From contig NZ_JAGTJK010000012.1 of the NCBI RefSeq assembly GCF_028435265.1, forward strand, positions 102,900 through 166,899: a stretch of 64,000 nucleotides of DNA. Reading direction: 5' to 3'. The position numbers and the translations under genes were made by a program. The notes under the pieces were generated by a model. It was not told where the DNA came from. It was given only the letters and a program-made list of their open reading frames with translations, and ran no database searches. Shown piece after piece: positions 34,341 through 44,600 of this stretch (position 1 is the first letter of the stretch; each line of letters opens with the position of its first letter). The stretch is from Polyangium jinanense (GTDB lineage: Bacteria > Myxococcota_A > Polyangia > Polyangiales > Polyangiaceae).

Positions 34341-35420
34341 ATGTCGACGAAGGCCCCGCTCATCGATCTGGAGATCCTGCTCCAGCCCATCTCCGAGGAG
34401 GCGCCTTGTGGCACGTCTCTCCGGTACGAAGGCACCTACGATCGGGTCCGCGAGGCGCGCCGCGAGGACGACCCCTCGCTGCCGATGGGCGAATGGGAGA
34501 CCAAGCTCAAGGTCTCCGACCTCGCGCTCGTGGACAAACTTTGCCAGGAAGCGCTGCGCAAGAAATCGAAGGACCTCCAGATCGCGGCCTGGCTCGTGGA
34601 GGCGTGGCTCCGGCGTTACCGCGTGAAGGGCCTCGGCCATGGTTTGTCCCTCGTCACCGGGCTCTGCGAGCGATTCTGGGACGGCCTCTTCCCCGAGGTG
34701 GGCGACGACCCCGACGCCGCGGCGCGCGCCGCGCTTTACGAGTGGATGGACGACGTCCTCTCCGATCGCCTGCGCCGCACGCCTTTCACGGAGGGCGACG
34801 GATCCTTTTCGCTGCTCGATTGGGAGCTCGGCGGCGCGTCTGTGTCCGCCGACGGGGAAGGGGAGGGCGCGCGGCCCACGCGAGAATCGCTGCTCGCCAA
34901 GATCTCGCTCGGCGGCGCGGGCACGCGCTGGACCGACATCGCGCTCGACGCGGGCACGGCCATCATGGCGGCCGAGGCGGCCGAGGCGGCGATCGCCGCG
35001 CAGATCTCGCGCCCGCCCACGCTCCGCCGCGTGCGGGAGGTCCTCACGCAGATCGAGCTCCTCGCGCGCGAAACGGCGCGTATCAACGGCGAGAGCGTGC
35101 CCGTGGCGAGCGCGCCCGCGGCGAGCCCGCCGCCGCTCGGATCGGCCGCTGCGGCTGCGGCGGCGTTCACGGCGCCTTCCGGGGGAGGGGCGGGCGGCTC
35201 GTTTGCGATCACGAGCCGCGCCGACGCCTATTATCGGCTCGCCGAGGCGGCCGAGTACCTCATGCGGACCGAGCCGCACAGCCCTGTGCCGTACCTGGTC
35301 AAACGTGCGGTGCAGTGGGGCAACATGTCGCTCGCCCAGCTCCTCTACGAGTTCGTAGGAAACCCCGATGATCTCGTGGCGATACAGCGCTTGCTCGGGA
35401 TGCGCGGGAGGGAGGAGTAA
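34341..35420 (+). CDS. tssA: T6SS protein TssA (ImpA N-terminal domain)
   Basis: PISEEAPCGTSLRYEGTYDRVREARREDDPSLPMGEWETKLKVSDLALVDKLCQEALRKKSKDLQIAAWLVEAWL...GLCERFWDGLFP is the ImpA_N signature. 359 aa. Confidence 0.9.
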   Translation: MSTKAPLIDLEILLQPISEEAPCGTSLRYEGTYDRVREARREDDPSLPMGEWETKLKVSDLALVDKLCQEALRKKSKDLQIAAWLVEAWLRRYRVKGLGHGLSLVTGLCERFWDGLFPEVGDDPDAAARAALYEWMDDVLSDRLRRTPFTEGDGSFSLLDWELGGASVSADGEGEGARPTRESLLAKISLGGAGTRWTDIALDAGTAIMAAEAAEAAIAAQISRPPTLRRVREVLTQIELLARETARINGESVPVASAPAASPPPLGSAAAAAAAFTAPSGGGAGGSFAITSRADAYYRLAEAAEYLMRTEPHSPVPYLVKRAVQWGNMSLAQLLYEFVGNPDDLVAIQRLLGMRGREE

Positions 35421-35593
35421 CGCCGGGGGGAAAAAGGGGGGGTGCGAGAGAGCGCCCCTACGAGGGTGTTGTGTTGACGAGCCTGGGCACGGTAAAAGGG
35501 TAATGCGCCAGCCTTACGCGCCGTGCGCGGGCGGGTTTTCGGAGAGTTCGCAAGCCGCGGCGCCGCCGCGAGAGCCGAGGAAGGGAGCCATCG

Positions 35594-36094
35594 ATGGCAG
35601 AGAGCAAGCAGCACTGGCTGGACCGAAACCGTCCGCCGCGTGTGCAGATCACCTATGACGTCGAGACGGGCAACGCAATCGAGAAGAAAGAGATCCCGTT
35701 CGTGGTCGGCGTGCTCAGCGACCTGGGGCGGAACGAGGCAAACCCGCTGCCCAAGCTGAAGGATCGCAAGTTTGTCGAGATCGACCGCGACAATTTCAAC
35801 GACGTCCTCGCCTCGACGAAGCCCGAGATCACGGTGAAGGTCGACGACGTCCTCAAGGGCACCGGCAAGATCGGGATTCCGCTGACGTTCACGCACCTCG
35901 ACGATTTCCGGCCCGAGCGTCTCGTCGAGCGGATCCCGGAGCTCCGCAAGCTTCTTCGCGCGCGCGAGCGCCTGAACGATCTTCTCGCCAAGCTCGAGGG
36001 CAACGACGAGCTTTCGGCGGCGCTGCGTGAGGTCATGGAGAGCACGGATGCTCTCCAGAAGATCACGGCGGAAGTCTCCAAGGATCAGAGCTAG
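35594..36094 (+). CDS. tssB: T6SS contractile sheath small subunit TssB (VipA)
   Basis: RPPRVQITYDVETGNAIEKKEIPFVVGVLSDL... is the canonical TssB pattern. 166 aa, followed 20 nt later by tssC. Confidence 0.92.
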   Translation: MAESKQHWLDRNRPPRVQITYDVETGNAIEKKEIPFVVGVLSDLGRNEANPLPKLKDRKFVEIDRDNFNDVLASTKPEITVKVDDVLKGTGKIGIPLTFTHLDDFRPERLVERIPELRKLLRARERLNDLLAKLEGNDELSAALREVMESTDALQKITAEVSKDQS

Positions 36095-36114
36095 GCCGCG
36101 CGGAGGGTACGAAC

Positions 36115-37617
36115 ATGCCGGAAACTGTAAGCGTCAAGCAACTCATCGCCTCGAGCGCGGACGGCTCTGCCATCATCGATCAGATCCTCTCCGAGGGCGC
36201 GATGGTTCGCGGGGACAACCCCGTTCAGAAGAAGCACGCGCGCGACATCATCGGGGAGTTTTGCCAGCAGATCCTCGACGAGCGGGATCCGAACGACAAG
36301 CAGCGGGCCCTCGATCTCGGCGCGGTCGCGGCCATTCAGGATCGCATCAACGAGATCGACGAGATCATCGGCAAGCAGCTCGACGCGATCCTGCACGCGC
36401 CCGAGTTCCAGTATCTCGAGTCGCGTTGGCGGGGGCTTCACTACCTCGTCATGAACACGGAGACGAGCACGCGTCTCAAGATTCGCGTGATGAACGTCCG
36501 CAAGGACGAGCTACGCAAGGATTTTGAAGCCTCGCCCGAGTTCGATCGCAGCTCGCTTTTCAAGAAGGTGTACGAGGAGGAGTACGGCACGTTTGGCGGC
36601 GCGCCCTACGGCCTGCTTCTCGGCGACTACGAGTTCGACGGTTCGAATCCGGACGTCGGCCTTTTGACCGAGCTTTCGAAGGTCGCGGCGGCGGCGCACG
36701 CGCCCTTCATCTCGGCGGCGAGCCCGCACCTCTTCGACATGGAGAACTTCGGCCAGATCGGCGTGCCCGGTGATCTCGCCAAGCTCTTCGAGAGCACGCA
36801 GCTCATCAAGTGGAAGGAGTTCCGCGAGAGCGAGGACAGCCGTTATGTCGGCCTCGTCCTGCCGCACGTCCTCGTGCGCCTGCCGTATGGCCCGAAGGGC
36901 GTCCCCGTGGACGGGTTCGTCTACGAGGAGAACGTCGGCGCCGAGGACAAGAACTTCCTCTGGGGCAACGCGGCGTACGCGCTCGGCCAGCGCATCACGA
37001 ACGCGTTCGCGCATTATGGCTGGTGCGCGGCGATCCGCGGCGTCGAGGGCGGCGGCCTCGTCGAGAACCTCCCGGTGCACGTCTTCAAGACGAGCGAGGG
37101 CGATCTCGCGGTGAAGACGCCGACCGAGGTGGCGATCACCGATCGCCGCGAGAACGAGCTCTCGGAGCTCGGCTTCATCGGGCTTTGTTATCGCAAGAAC
37201 AGCGGCCAGGCCGCGTTCTTCGGCGGCGCGACCGCGAACAAGCCCAAGGTGTACAACCTGCCCTCGGCGACGGCGAACGCCCGTTTGTCGGCGCAGCTCC
37301 CGTACATCCTCGCGACGAGCCGGTTCGCCCATTACATCAAGGTCATGATGCGCGACAAGATCGGCAGCTTCATGACGAAGGACAACGTGTCGTCGTACCT
37401 CAACAACTGGATCGCGGACTACGTGCTCCTGAACGACGACGCGGGTCAGGACACGAAGGCGCGACTGCCTTTGCGTGAGGCGCGGATCGACGTGACGGAC
37501 GTGCCCGGCAAGCCCGGCGCGTACCGTGCTGTCGTTTTCTTGAAGCCGCACTTCCAGCTCAACGAGCTCACGGTCTCGATGCGCCTCGTGGCGGATCTTC
37601 CGCCTCCGGCTGCGTGA
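36115..37617 (+). CDS. tssC: T6SS contractile sheath large subunit TssC (VipB)
   Basis: 500 aa. Motifs are ILHAPEFQYLESRWRGLHYLV, EEEYGTFGGAPYGLLLGDYEF and LPLREARIDV. Confidence 0.92.
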   Translation: MPETVSVKQLIASSADGSAIIDQILSEGAMVRGDNPVQKKHARDIIGEFCQQILDERDPNDKQRALDLGAVAAIQDRINEIDEIIGKQLDAILHAPEFQYLESRWRGLHYLVMNTETSTRLKIRVMNVRKDELRKDFEASPEFDRSSLFKKVYEEEYGTFGGAPYGLLLGDYEFDGSNPDVGLLTELSKVAAAAHAPFISAASPHLFDMENFGQIGVPGDLAKLFESTQLIKWKEFRESEDSRYVGLVLPHVLVRLPYGPKGVPVDGFVYEENVGAEDKNFLWGNAAYALGQRITNAFAHYGWCAAIRGVEGGGLVENLPVHVFKTSEGDLAVKTPTEVAITDRRENELSELGFIGLCYRKNSGQAAFFGGATANKPKVYNLPSATANARLSAQLPYILATSRFAHYIKVMMRDKIGSFMTKDNVSSYLNNWIADYVLLNDDAGQDTKARLPLREARIDVTDVPGKPGAYRAVVFLKPHFQLNELTVSMRLVADLPPPAA

Positions 37618-37720
37618 CGGGCCTCGCGAATCGGTGTAGGGTACATCAGGATGTTGCCGTCCCGCGCTCGAAGGGAGCGCGCGGGCGGCGACGGTCGACG
37701 GGGACGCGGAGGATTGCACG

Positions 37721-38215
37721 ATGGAAACTAGTTTCTTGGAGATCGAGGGCGTCAAAGGCGAGAGCACGGCGAGCCAGGGGAAGGACAAGATCGAGATCCT
37801 TTCCTTCAGCCACACCGTCGCGATGCCTCTGACGGCGGGCGGCTCGGCGAACGCGCGCGCGCACGGCCGCACGGTTCATTCGGACTTCACGTTCAGCAAG
37901 TATCTCGACATCTCGTCGCCCACGCTGAACCTCAAGTGCAGCGGCGGCGACAACATCAAGAAGGCCGAGCTCACCGTCTTCCAGGCCGACAAGAATGACG
38001 GCGACATGGTTCTTTATTACAAGATCACGTTCGAGGACGTGATCCTGACGAACGTCGCGGTGAGCGGCGGCAGCGGCGGTCGTCCGGTCGAGACGGTCAC
38101 GTTCAACTACCGCAAGATCAAGTGGTCGTACGCCCAGCAGGGCCAGCCTTCGCCGGCCGGCAAGAAGGGCACGGCCGAGGCGGGGTGGACGCTCGAGGAA
38201 AACAAGAAGCTCTAA
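37721..38215 (+). CDS. hcp: T6SS inner tube protein Hcp (TssD)
   Basis: 164 aa. FLEIEGVKGESTASQGKDKIEILSFSHTV...FTFSKYLDISSPTLNLKCSGGDNIKKAELTVFQA...YYKITFEDVILTNV is the Hcp pattern. Confidence 0.92.
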   Translation: METSFLEIEGVKGESTASQGKDKIEILSFSHTVAMPLTAGGSANARAHGRTVHSDFTFSKYLDISSPTLNLKCSGGDNIKKAELTVFQADKNDGDMVLYYKITFEDVILTNVAVSGGSGGRPVETVTFNYRKIKWSYAQQGQPSPAGKKGTAEAGWTLEENKKL

Positions 38216-38251
38216 CCCGAGGACGATTCGGCGTCCCAGGGGAACGACAGA

Positions 38252-38728
38252 ATGGCGAAAGCGTGGGGAGCCACGAGCGCGGGCAGGGTTCCCCTGTTCG
38301 ACCGGCTGGTCGACGAGAACCCTGCTCAAAAACAGGAAGCCGTCCCCTATTGCACCCTCGATCGAGACGGGCTGCGCGCCTCGGTGGCCCGCGAGCTCGG
38401 TCGAATCCTCGGCACCCGCAGCCCCATCTCCGGCGACGAGGCTCTCTCCCGGCAGCGCACGACCATCGATTATGGTTTGCCCGACCTCGAGCTCGGCGGC
38501 CGTGCGCTCGTCCCGGAGGAGCTTCGCCGTCTCGTGCGCCTCGTGCAAAAGACGATCGAGGCGTACGAGCCGAGGCTCCAGAACGTACGCGTGGAAATCA
38601 AGCGATGCGAGGACGCGCCGCCGCATGCGCGCCTCGTGGTCGCGCTCTCGGCGACGCTCGTCACCGACGAGGTGCGTGAGCCCCTCTCGTTCGAGGCGCC
38701 GCTCGAAGGAGGCCCGGGGGCCGCATGA
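38252..38728 (+). CDS. tssE: T6SS baseplate subunit TssE (gp25-like)
   Basis: 158 aa. PLFDRLVDE...LRASVARELGRILGTRS...TTIDYGLPDL is the GPW/gp25-like signature. The stop overlaps the tssF start by 4 nt. Confidence 0.88.
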   Translation: MAKAWGATSAGRVPLFDRLVDENPAQKQEAVPYCTLDRDGLRASVARELGRILGTRSPISGDEALSRQRTTIDYGLPDLELGGRALVPEELRRLVRLVQKTIEAYEPRLQNVRVEIKRCEDAPPHARLVVALSATLVTDEVREPLSFEAPLEGGPGAA

Positions 38729-40533
38729 GCAAGGGTGATCCGGATCGGGAAATGCTCGAGCTGTATGCGCGTGAGCTCGCGTATCTGCGCGAGCGTGGCG
38801 CCGAGTTCGCCAAGGATTATCCGAAGATCGCGGCGCGCCTCGGCACCTCGAACCAGGCCTCGTCCGATCCACACGTCGAGCGCCTGGTCGAGGCATTCGC
38901 GTTCCTCTCGGCGCGCCTCACGCGCGACATCGAGGCGGAGCTGCCGATTTACACGACCTCGCTGCTCGGCACCCTTTATCCGCAGCTCGCGTGTCCCGTG
39001 CCGGCGATGGCGATCGCCGGGTTCGAGATCGACCCGAAGGAGGCCAAGCTCGGCTCCGGGTACACGGTCGAGAAGCACACGCCGCTTTTCGCGGCCTCGC
39101 AAACCGGGCCGGTCTGTCATTTCCGCACCGCGTATCCGGTCACGCTCTGGCCGATCGAGATCGTCAATGCGGGCATGGTCCCGCCCGAGAACCTCGACGT
39201 TCCCTCGTGGCTGCTCACGAACGCGGCGGCGGCGCTGGAGATCGAGATCGCGACGGGCGGCGTTCCGCTCGACAAACTCGGCATGCGCTCGCTCCGCTTC
39301 CACATCACGGGCGGGGGCATGGGCGCGGCGCGCCTCTACGATCTGCTCGCGGCGCACGCCGTGCAGGTCCTCGTGGTCGGGGAAAAACCCTCGGAGGACT
39401 GGGCCTACGGAAAGATCCGGCCCGTCGGCTTCGAGGCGAACGAGGACGTCCTGCCGTATCCGCCGCACGCGCACCGCGGCCATCGCCTCGTGCAGGAGTA
39501 TTTCGCGTTCCCGGAGAAGTTCCATTTCTTCGACCTCGAACTGCCGAAGCTCCCGCCGCGCAAGAACGCGAAGATCCTCGTCCTCTTCGATCAGAAGCCG
39601 CCGGCCGGCGTCGCGGTTCGCCCGACGACGTTGAAGCTCGGCTGCACCCCGATCATCAACCTCTTCCCGCGCAGCGCCGAGCCCATCCGCGTCGATCACA
39701 CCCGGCCCGAATATCGCCTCGTCGCGGACGCGCGTCGCGAGCGGACCACGGAGATCCATTCGATCACGCGCGTCGCGGCCACGGCGCCCGGCGAGCCCAA
39801 GCAGATCGATTACGCGCCTTTCTTCTCGTTCGTGCACCACCGCGCGGGCGAAAGACCCCGCGCGTTCTGGCACGCGCGCCGCGTCGCCACGGGCCGCAAG
39901 GATCTGCCGGGCACCGACGTCTGGCTCACGTTCGTCGACACCGATTTCAAGCTCTCACGTCCCCCGTCGGAGACCGTTTACGCCGGCGTCCTCTGCACGA
40001 ACCGCGACCTCGCGAACGAGATCGCCAAGGACACGCAGCTCTCCCCCGAGCGCCCCGTCCCGGCCAAGAAAATCGTTTGTCTGACGAAACCAACCCCCCA
40101 GCGCGCCGCGCCGATGGGCGGCGAAGCGCTCTGGCGGCTCGTCTCGAACCTTTCGCAGAACCACCTCTCGATCACGGACGGCAAGACCGGCGTCGCCGCG
40201 CTCCGCGAGATCCTGCGCGCCTACGTCTTCGGCGATTCGCCCGACGCCGAGCGCCAGATCGACGCGCTCCTCGAAATTTCGAGCCGCGTGGTCACGCGTC
40301 GCCTCGGCAATGACGCGTGGCGGGGGTATTGCCGGGGCCTCGAGATCACGCTCACGCTCGCGGACGAGCAGTTCGCCGGATCGAGCCCGGTCCTTTTGGC
40401 CTCGGTCTTGAGCCGATTTTTCGCCTTGCAGGCGCACATCAATGCGTTCACCGAGCTCGTCCTGAAGCGCGCCTCGCGCGCGGAGGTCTGGAAACGATGG
40501 CCGCCCACGGCTGGCGAAAGAGCCCTTCTGTAG
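38725..40533 (+). CDS. tssF: T6SS baseplate subunit TssF
   Basis: 602 aa. LELYARELAYLRERGAEFAKDYPKIAARLG...DPHVERLVEAFAFLSARL is the canonical TssF N-terminus. Confidence 0.9.
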   Translation: MSKGDPDREMLELYARELAYLRERGAEFAKDYPKIAARLGTSNQASSDPHVERLVEAFAFLSARLTRDIEAELPIYTTSLLGTLYPQLACPVPAMAIAGFEIDPKEAKLGSGYTVEKHTPLFAASQTGPVCHFRTAYPVTLWPIEIVNAGMVPPENLDVPSWLLTNAAAALEIEIATGGVPLDKLGMRSLRFHITGGGMGAARLYDLLAAHAVQVLVVGEKPSEDWAYGKIRPVGFEANEDVLPYPPHAHRGHRLVQEYFAFPEKFHFFDLELPKLPPRKNAKILVLFDQKPPAGVAVRPTTLKLGCTPIINLFPRSAEPIRVDHTRPEYRLVADARRERTTEIHSITRVAATAPGEPKQIDYAPFFSFVHHRAGERPRAFWHARRVATGRKDLPGTDVWLTFVDTDFKLSRPPSETVYAGVLCTNRDLANEIAKDTQLSPERPVPAKKIVCLTKPTPQRAAPMGGEALWRLVSNLSQNHLSITDGKTGVAALREILRAYVFGDSPDAERQIDALLEISSRVVTRRLGNDAWRGYCRGLEITLTLADEQFAGSSPVLLASVLSRFFALQAHINAFTELVLKRASRAEVWKRWPPTAGERALL

Positions 40534-41558
40534 AGGCCTGGCTCTTCGACGAGGGGCACGCCTTCGATTTTTATCAGGCCGTCTCCCTCCTCGAACGCTT
40601 TCGGGAAGGCGACGCCGTCCCCGTCGGCGAGGGCTCCGATCCTTCGCGCGAGTCCGTGCGATTCGCCGGGAGCATCGCGCTCGCCTTCCCCGAGACCGAC
40701 GTCGCGCGCATTCGCCCGCCGCACCGCGAACGCGAGCCCGCGCAGATGCTCGTGAACTTCCTCGGTCTCGGCGGCGCCCTCGGCCCACTGCCGCCGCCGA
40801 TCGTCGAGTCGATTTACATGCGCGCCGTCCGCGGCGACACCGCGGCGCGGGATTTCCTCGACATCTTCAACCATCGCCTCGTCTCGTTCGCATATCGCAT
40901 CCGCAAGAACCATCGCCTCGGCCTCGGCATCTCCTCGCCCGAAAAAGACGGCGCGGCGCGGCACCTCTTCGCGCTCATGGGCCTCGGCTTTCAGGCGCTC
41001 GAAGGCCGCCTCGCGGTCCAGGATCGCGCCCTGCTCGAACACGCGGCAAACCTCGGAAGCGAGTCCCGTTCGCTCGAAGGCCTCGTCGCCATTCTCCGCC
41101 GGCATTTCGGCGTCCCCATCGAGCCCATCCCGCTCACAGGCGCCTTTCACCCGATCGAGGAAAACGATCGCACGGCGATCGGCCGATCCGGTCAGAACCG
41201 CGCACTCGGCCGCGACGCATGTCTGGGGGGCCGTTTCTGGGATCAGGAGTCCACGTTCGATCTGCGCATCGGGCCCATGAAGCTCGATGAATTCCTGCGA
41301 TTCCTCCCGGACGGCGACGCGCTCCGGCCTCTCTGCTCCCTCGTCCGTTTTTATGCAGGCGCACGATTCCACTTTGGCCTCATCCTCGTGCTGGCCGAGG
41401 GCGAGGCGCCGCGGATCGAGCTCGGCCGCGCCACGTGCGCGCTCCTCGGCCAAATCGCCTGGCTCGGAAACGTGAACAAGCACGGCGGCAGGGTGCGCGA
41501 GGTGCGTTTGTCGCGTGCGGCCATTCGGAAAGGCCTCGGTGAGGCGCCGGGCGGCTGA
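40497..41558 (+). CDS. tssG: T6SS baseplate subunit TssG
   Basis: The ATG at 40497 is in frame with track ORF 40317..41558 and overlaps tssF by 37 nt. FDFYQAVSLLERF...VRFAGSIALAFPETDV...MLVNFLGLGGALGPLP is the TssG pattern. Confidence 0.88.
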   Translation: MAAHGWRKSPSVEAWLFDEGHAFDFYQAVSLLERFREGDAVPVGEGSDPSRESVRFAGSIALAFPETDVARIRPPHREREPAQMLVNFLGLGGALGPLPPPIVESIYMRAVRGDTAARDFLDIFNHRLVSFAYRIRKNHRLGLGISSPEKDGAARHLFALMGLGFQALEGRLAVQDRALLEHAANLGSESRSLEGLVAILRRHFGVPIEPIPLTGAFHPIEENDRTAIGRSGQNRALGRDACLGGRFWDQESTFDLRIGPMKLDEFLRFLPDGDALRPLCSLVRFYAGARFHFGLILVLAEGEAPRIELGRATCALLGQIAWLGNVNKHGGRVREVRLSRAAIRKGLGEAPGG

Positions 41559-41611
41559 AACACTCCCTTGTCAACCGTCTGCGCGCCGGGATATCGTTCT
41601 GCTGAGGCCTT

Positions 41612-44600
41612 ATGACGACTGCAGAACAGAGCCAGGGCGCCACGGAGAGCATTCCGAGCAAGCTCGGGAAGTTCGCCACGGAGCAGATCGACAAGGCCGA
41701 GGTCACGGTCACGAAGGGCGTCTCTACCGTCCGTGACTCCACGAACCAGATCATCAGCAAGGCCGAAGAGCAGATCCTCAAGCTCAACAAGGCCCTCTAC
41801 GAGACCAAGAACGGCATCTCGTCCGGCATCGACACGGCCATCAAGGAGACGGAAGGCCAGCTCAAAGGGATCACGCCCGAGCTCAAGAAGATGGGCGAGG
41901 ATGCGATCAAGACGGCCAAGGACAAACTCGACGGACTCGTCGACGAGGTCGAGGGCAAGCTCGAATCGCAAAAAGACTCGCTCGTCAAGACGGCGCAGGA
42001 TCAGATTCGGAACGCGGCCGATCAGGCGAAGGGCAAGATCGACGAGATCGGACAGCTCGGCGAGGATCAGGCGAAGAAGGTCCTCGATGCGGTCAAGACG
42101 CAGGCCGACACCGTCGATCAGAAGCTCGGCGATCTCGAGGGGCAGATCGACGGCAAGATCCAGGCGATCGGCGACGACGTGCGCGGCAAGTTCGAAGCGG
42201 CGCTCGCCAAGGTGCCGGATCACGACGGCGCGAAGGTCGAGATGTCGGCGAACGTCGACGCCGTCGTCGCGGAGCTGCGTAGTGCCACGAAGGACTCGAT
42301 CGAGCAGGCGCGCGAGACGCTCAAGTCGCTGGTCAAGCAGACCGACGACACGATCATGCAGACGATCGGCGACGTGCGGCGCGCGATCGGCGAGGTCCCC
42401 GCTCGCATCAACCAGTGTGCGCAGGACATCCTCGCGAAGGTCAATGACGCGATCCAGAAGACGATCGACGAGATCTCGAACCTCGCGCACGGGCTCGTGG
42501 CGCGCACGGCGGAGCTGCTCAACCAGGCGCTGCTCACGATCACGAGCACCGTCGACAAACTCCTCGCCGACGGCTTCGCGCTCGTGCGTGGGATCAAGGC
42601 GGATCTCGATCGTCTCCTCGACAAACTGCTCGAACAGATCCGGGATCTGACGCTCGGCACGCTGGAGGACGTCCGCAAGGCGGCGAACGAGCTACTCGGC
42701 ACGTTCGAGGCTGAATGCAAGAAGATCCTCCAGACGATGGAGGAGTCCGTCATCGGCTCGGTCGAGGAGCTCGGCGGCAAGATGAACGCCTCGATCAAGG
42801 CGCTCCAGGCCGACCTGAACCTCGATGCCGACAAGATCGTCCGGGACCTCGTGGCCGAGGGCGCGAAAGGGCACGACGACGCGCTCGCCGACTTCATCAG
42901 CGCTGGTTATTCCGAGGACACCTCGGTCATCCCCAAGATCCGGGCCAAGGGCGAGGCTGCGATCAAGCAGATCGAGGCCAAGACGAAGGCCCAAGGGGAG
43001 AAGCTGATCAAGGACTTCGAGATGCAGGCGACCCTGCTGAAGCCCAAGATCCAGGCGCAGGGTATCAAGGTCGTCGCGCAGATCGCCGCGCTCGGACCGA
43101 AGCTTGCGATGCAGGCGGTCCAGATTGCGACGAGCATCGCGTCGTCCATCAAGGACAAGGGCGAGGCGGTCAAGAAGACGTTCGAGGAGCTGCAAAAGAC
43201 GCTCGTCGACGCGATCACGAAGAAGATCCCCGATTACCTCGAAAACTGCAAGAAGCAGATCAAGGCCGCGGCCGATGCGCTCGTCGAGGCGGGCAAGACG
43301 TTCTACGAGAAGACGCTCGCCGACATCATGGGGGCGATCAAGGCGGCCGAGGCGCGGTTCAAGCAGCTTGCCTCGGAGATGAAGGACCTCATCGAGACGC
43401 AGGTCCTCGCGCTCGTGGCCTCCATTCGCAGGACGGTGGAGACGTCCATCCAGCGCTTCAAGGATCTCGGCGCCGCGTTCGAGGAAAAGACGAATGCGCT
43501 CGTCAACGACATCCCGGCGCGGCTCATCAAGCTGGAGCAGGTCGCGCGGCTCGCGGTCGAGCGCGAGATCACGCTGGCGAAGGGGCTCGCCAATGCGACG
43601 AAGGACGACATTCTCCTGAAGGCGCGGACGACGCTGTCGGAGATCAAAAAAGCGGCGTACGGGGTCCTCGGCGGCATCCGGGGCGATTTCGGCGCGGTGC
43701 AGGGATCGCTCGCGCTCATCGTCCCGGCGGGCGCGGGGCTCGACGCGGCGGGCGCGATCAACCTCGCGGTCTCGGGCGGGCTCGAAGGGATGATCGCGTC
43801 GGCGGCGAATGCGGCGCAGGCCGCGGTGACGGCGGGCGTGAATGCGGCCGAGGCCGTGAACAATGCAGCCGAGCAGGCGGCGGCCGCGATGAGCGCGGCT
43901 GGATTCGACGGCGCGGCGAAGTCATTGACGGACGTGCTCTCGCAGCAGATGGGCGAGGTGCGGACGGAGGGCGAGAAGGCCAAGAACGTCATTGCCGCGG
44001 CGAAGGAGAAGATGACGGCGGTCGCCAAGGAGGCGACGGACACCTGCACGCAGGCGGCGCAGGCGGCGCAGGCCGCGGCCGCGGAGGTCGTGGCGGCCGC
44101 GAATTCGACGGGCGACGCGATCAAGGCGTCGGCGGAGAACCTGACGAAGGGCCTCGAAAAGGCGAAGGACATCGTCAAGGATGCCGGCAAGGCCGCGATG
44201 CAATCGATGAAAGAGGCCCAGGACGTGCGCAAGGGAGGCGACGGCGCGCAAGCCGGCGCGGGTGCGCAGGCCAAGGCCGGCGGGGCGGATGGCGCGGCGG
44301 CGGGCGCGGATGCGGGCGGCGCGGATGGCTTGGCGGTGCCCGAGGGCGAGGCGGCGGCTCCGGAAGGGGAGGCGGCCGCGGCTCCGGGCGGCGCGGAGGC
44401 GGCTCCGGACGGCGCGGCGGCGGCTCCGGATGTCAAGGCAGCGGCTCCGGATGCCAAGGCGGCGGTTCCGGATGCCAAGGTGGCGGTTCCGGATGCCAAG
44501 GTGGCGGTTCCGGATGCCAAGGTGGCGGCTCCGGATGCCTCGAAATCGGCGCCGGATGTCCCGAAATCGGCGCCGGATGTCTCGAAACCGGAACTGGACG

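Noticed and set aside
35474-35504. Internal promoter between tssA and tssB (TTGACG ... TAAAAG/GGTAAT; also tgggcacgg as a sigma-54 -24-like element)
   Set aside because: The hexamer spacings are 13 or 19 nt, not 16-18, and no GC -12 element sits at the right distance. The 173-bp gap with an AT-richer patch may still hold a promoter, but I cannot support a specific site.
37640-37690. Imperfect hairpin (cccgcgctc gaag ggagcgcgcggg) between tssC and hcp as an attenuator
   Set aside because: The stem needs a bulge and no U-tract follows. It is too weak to call.
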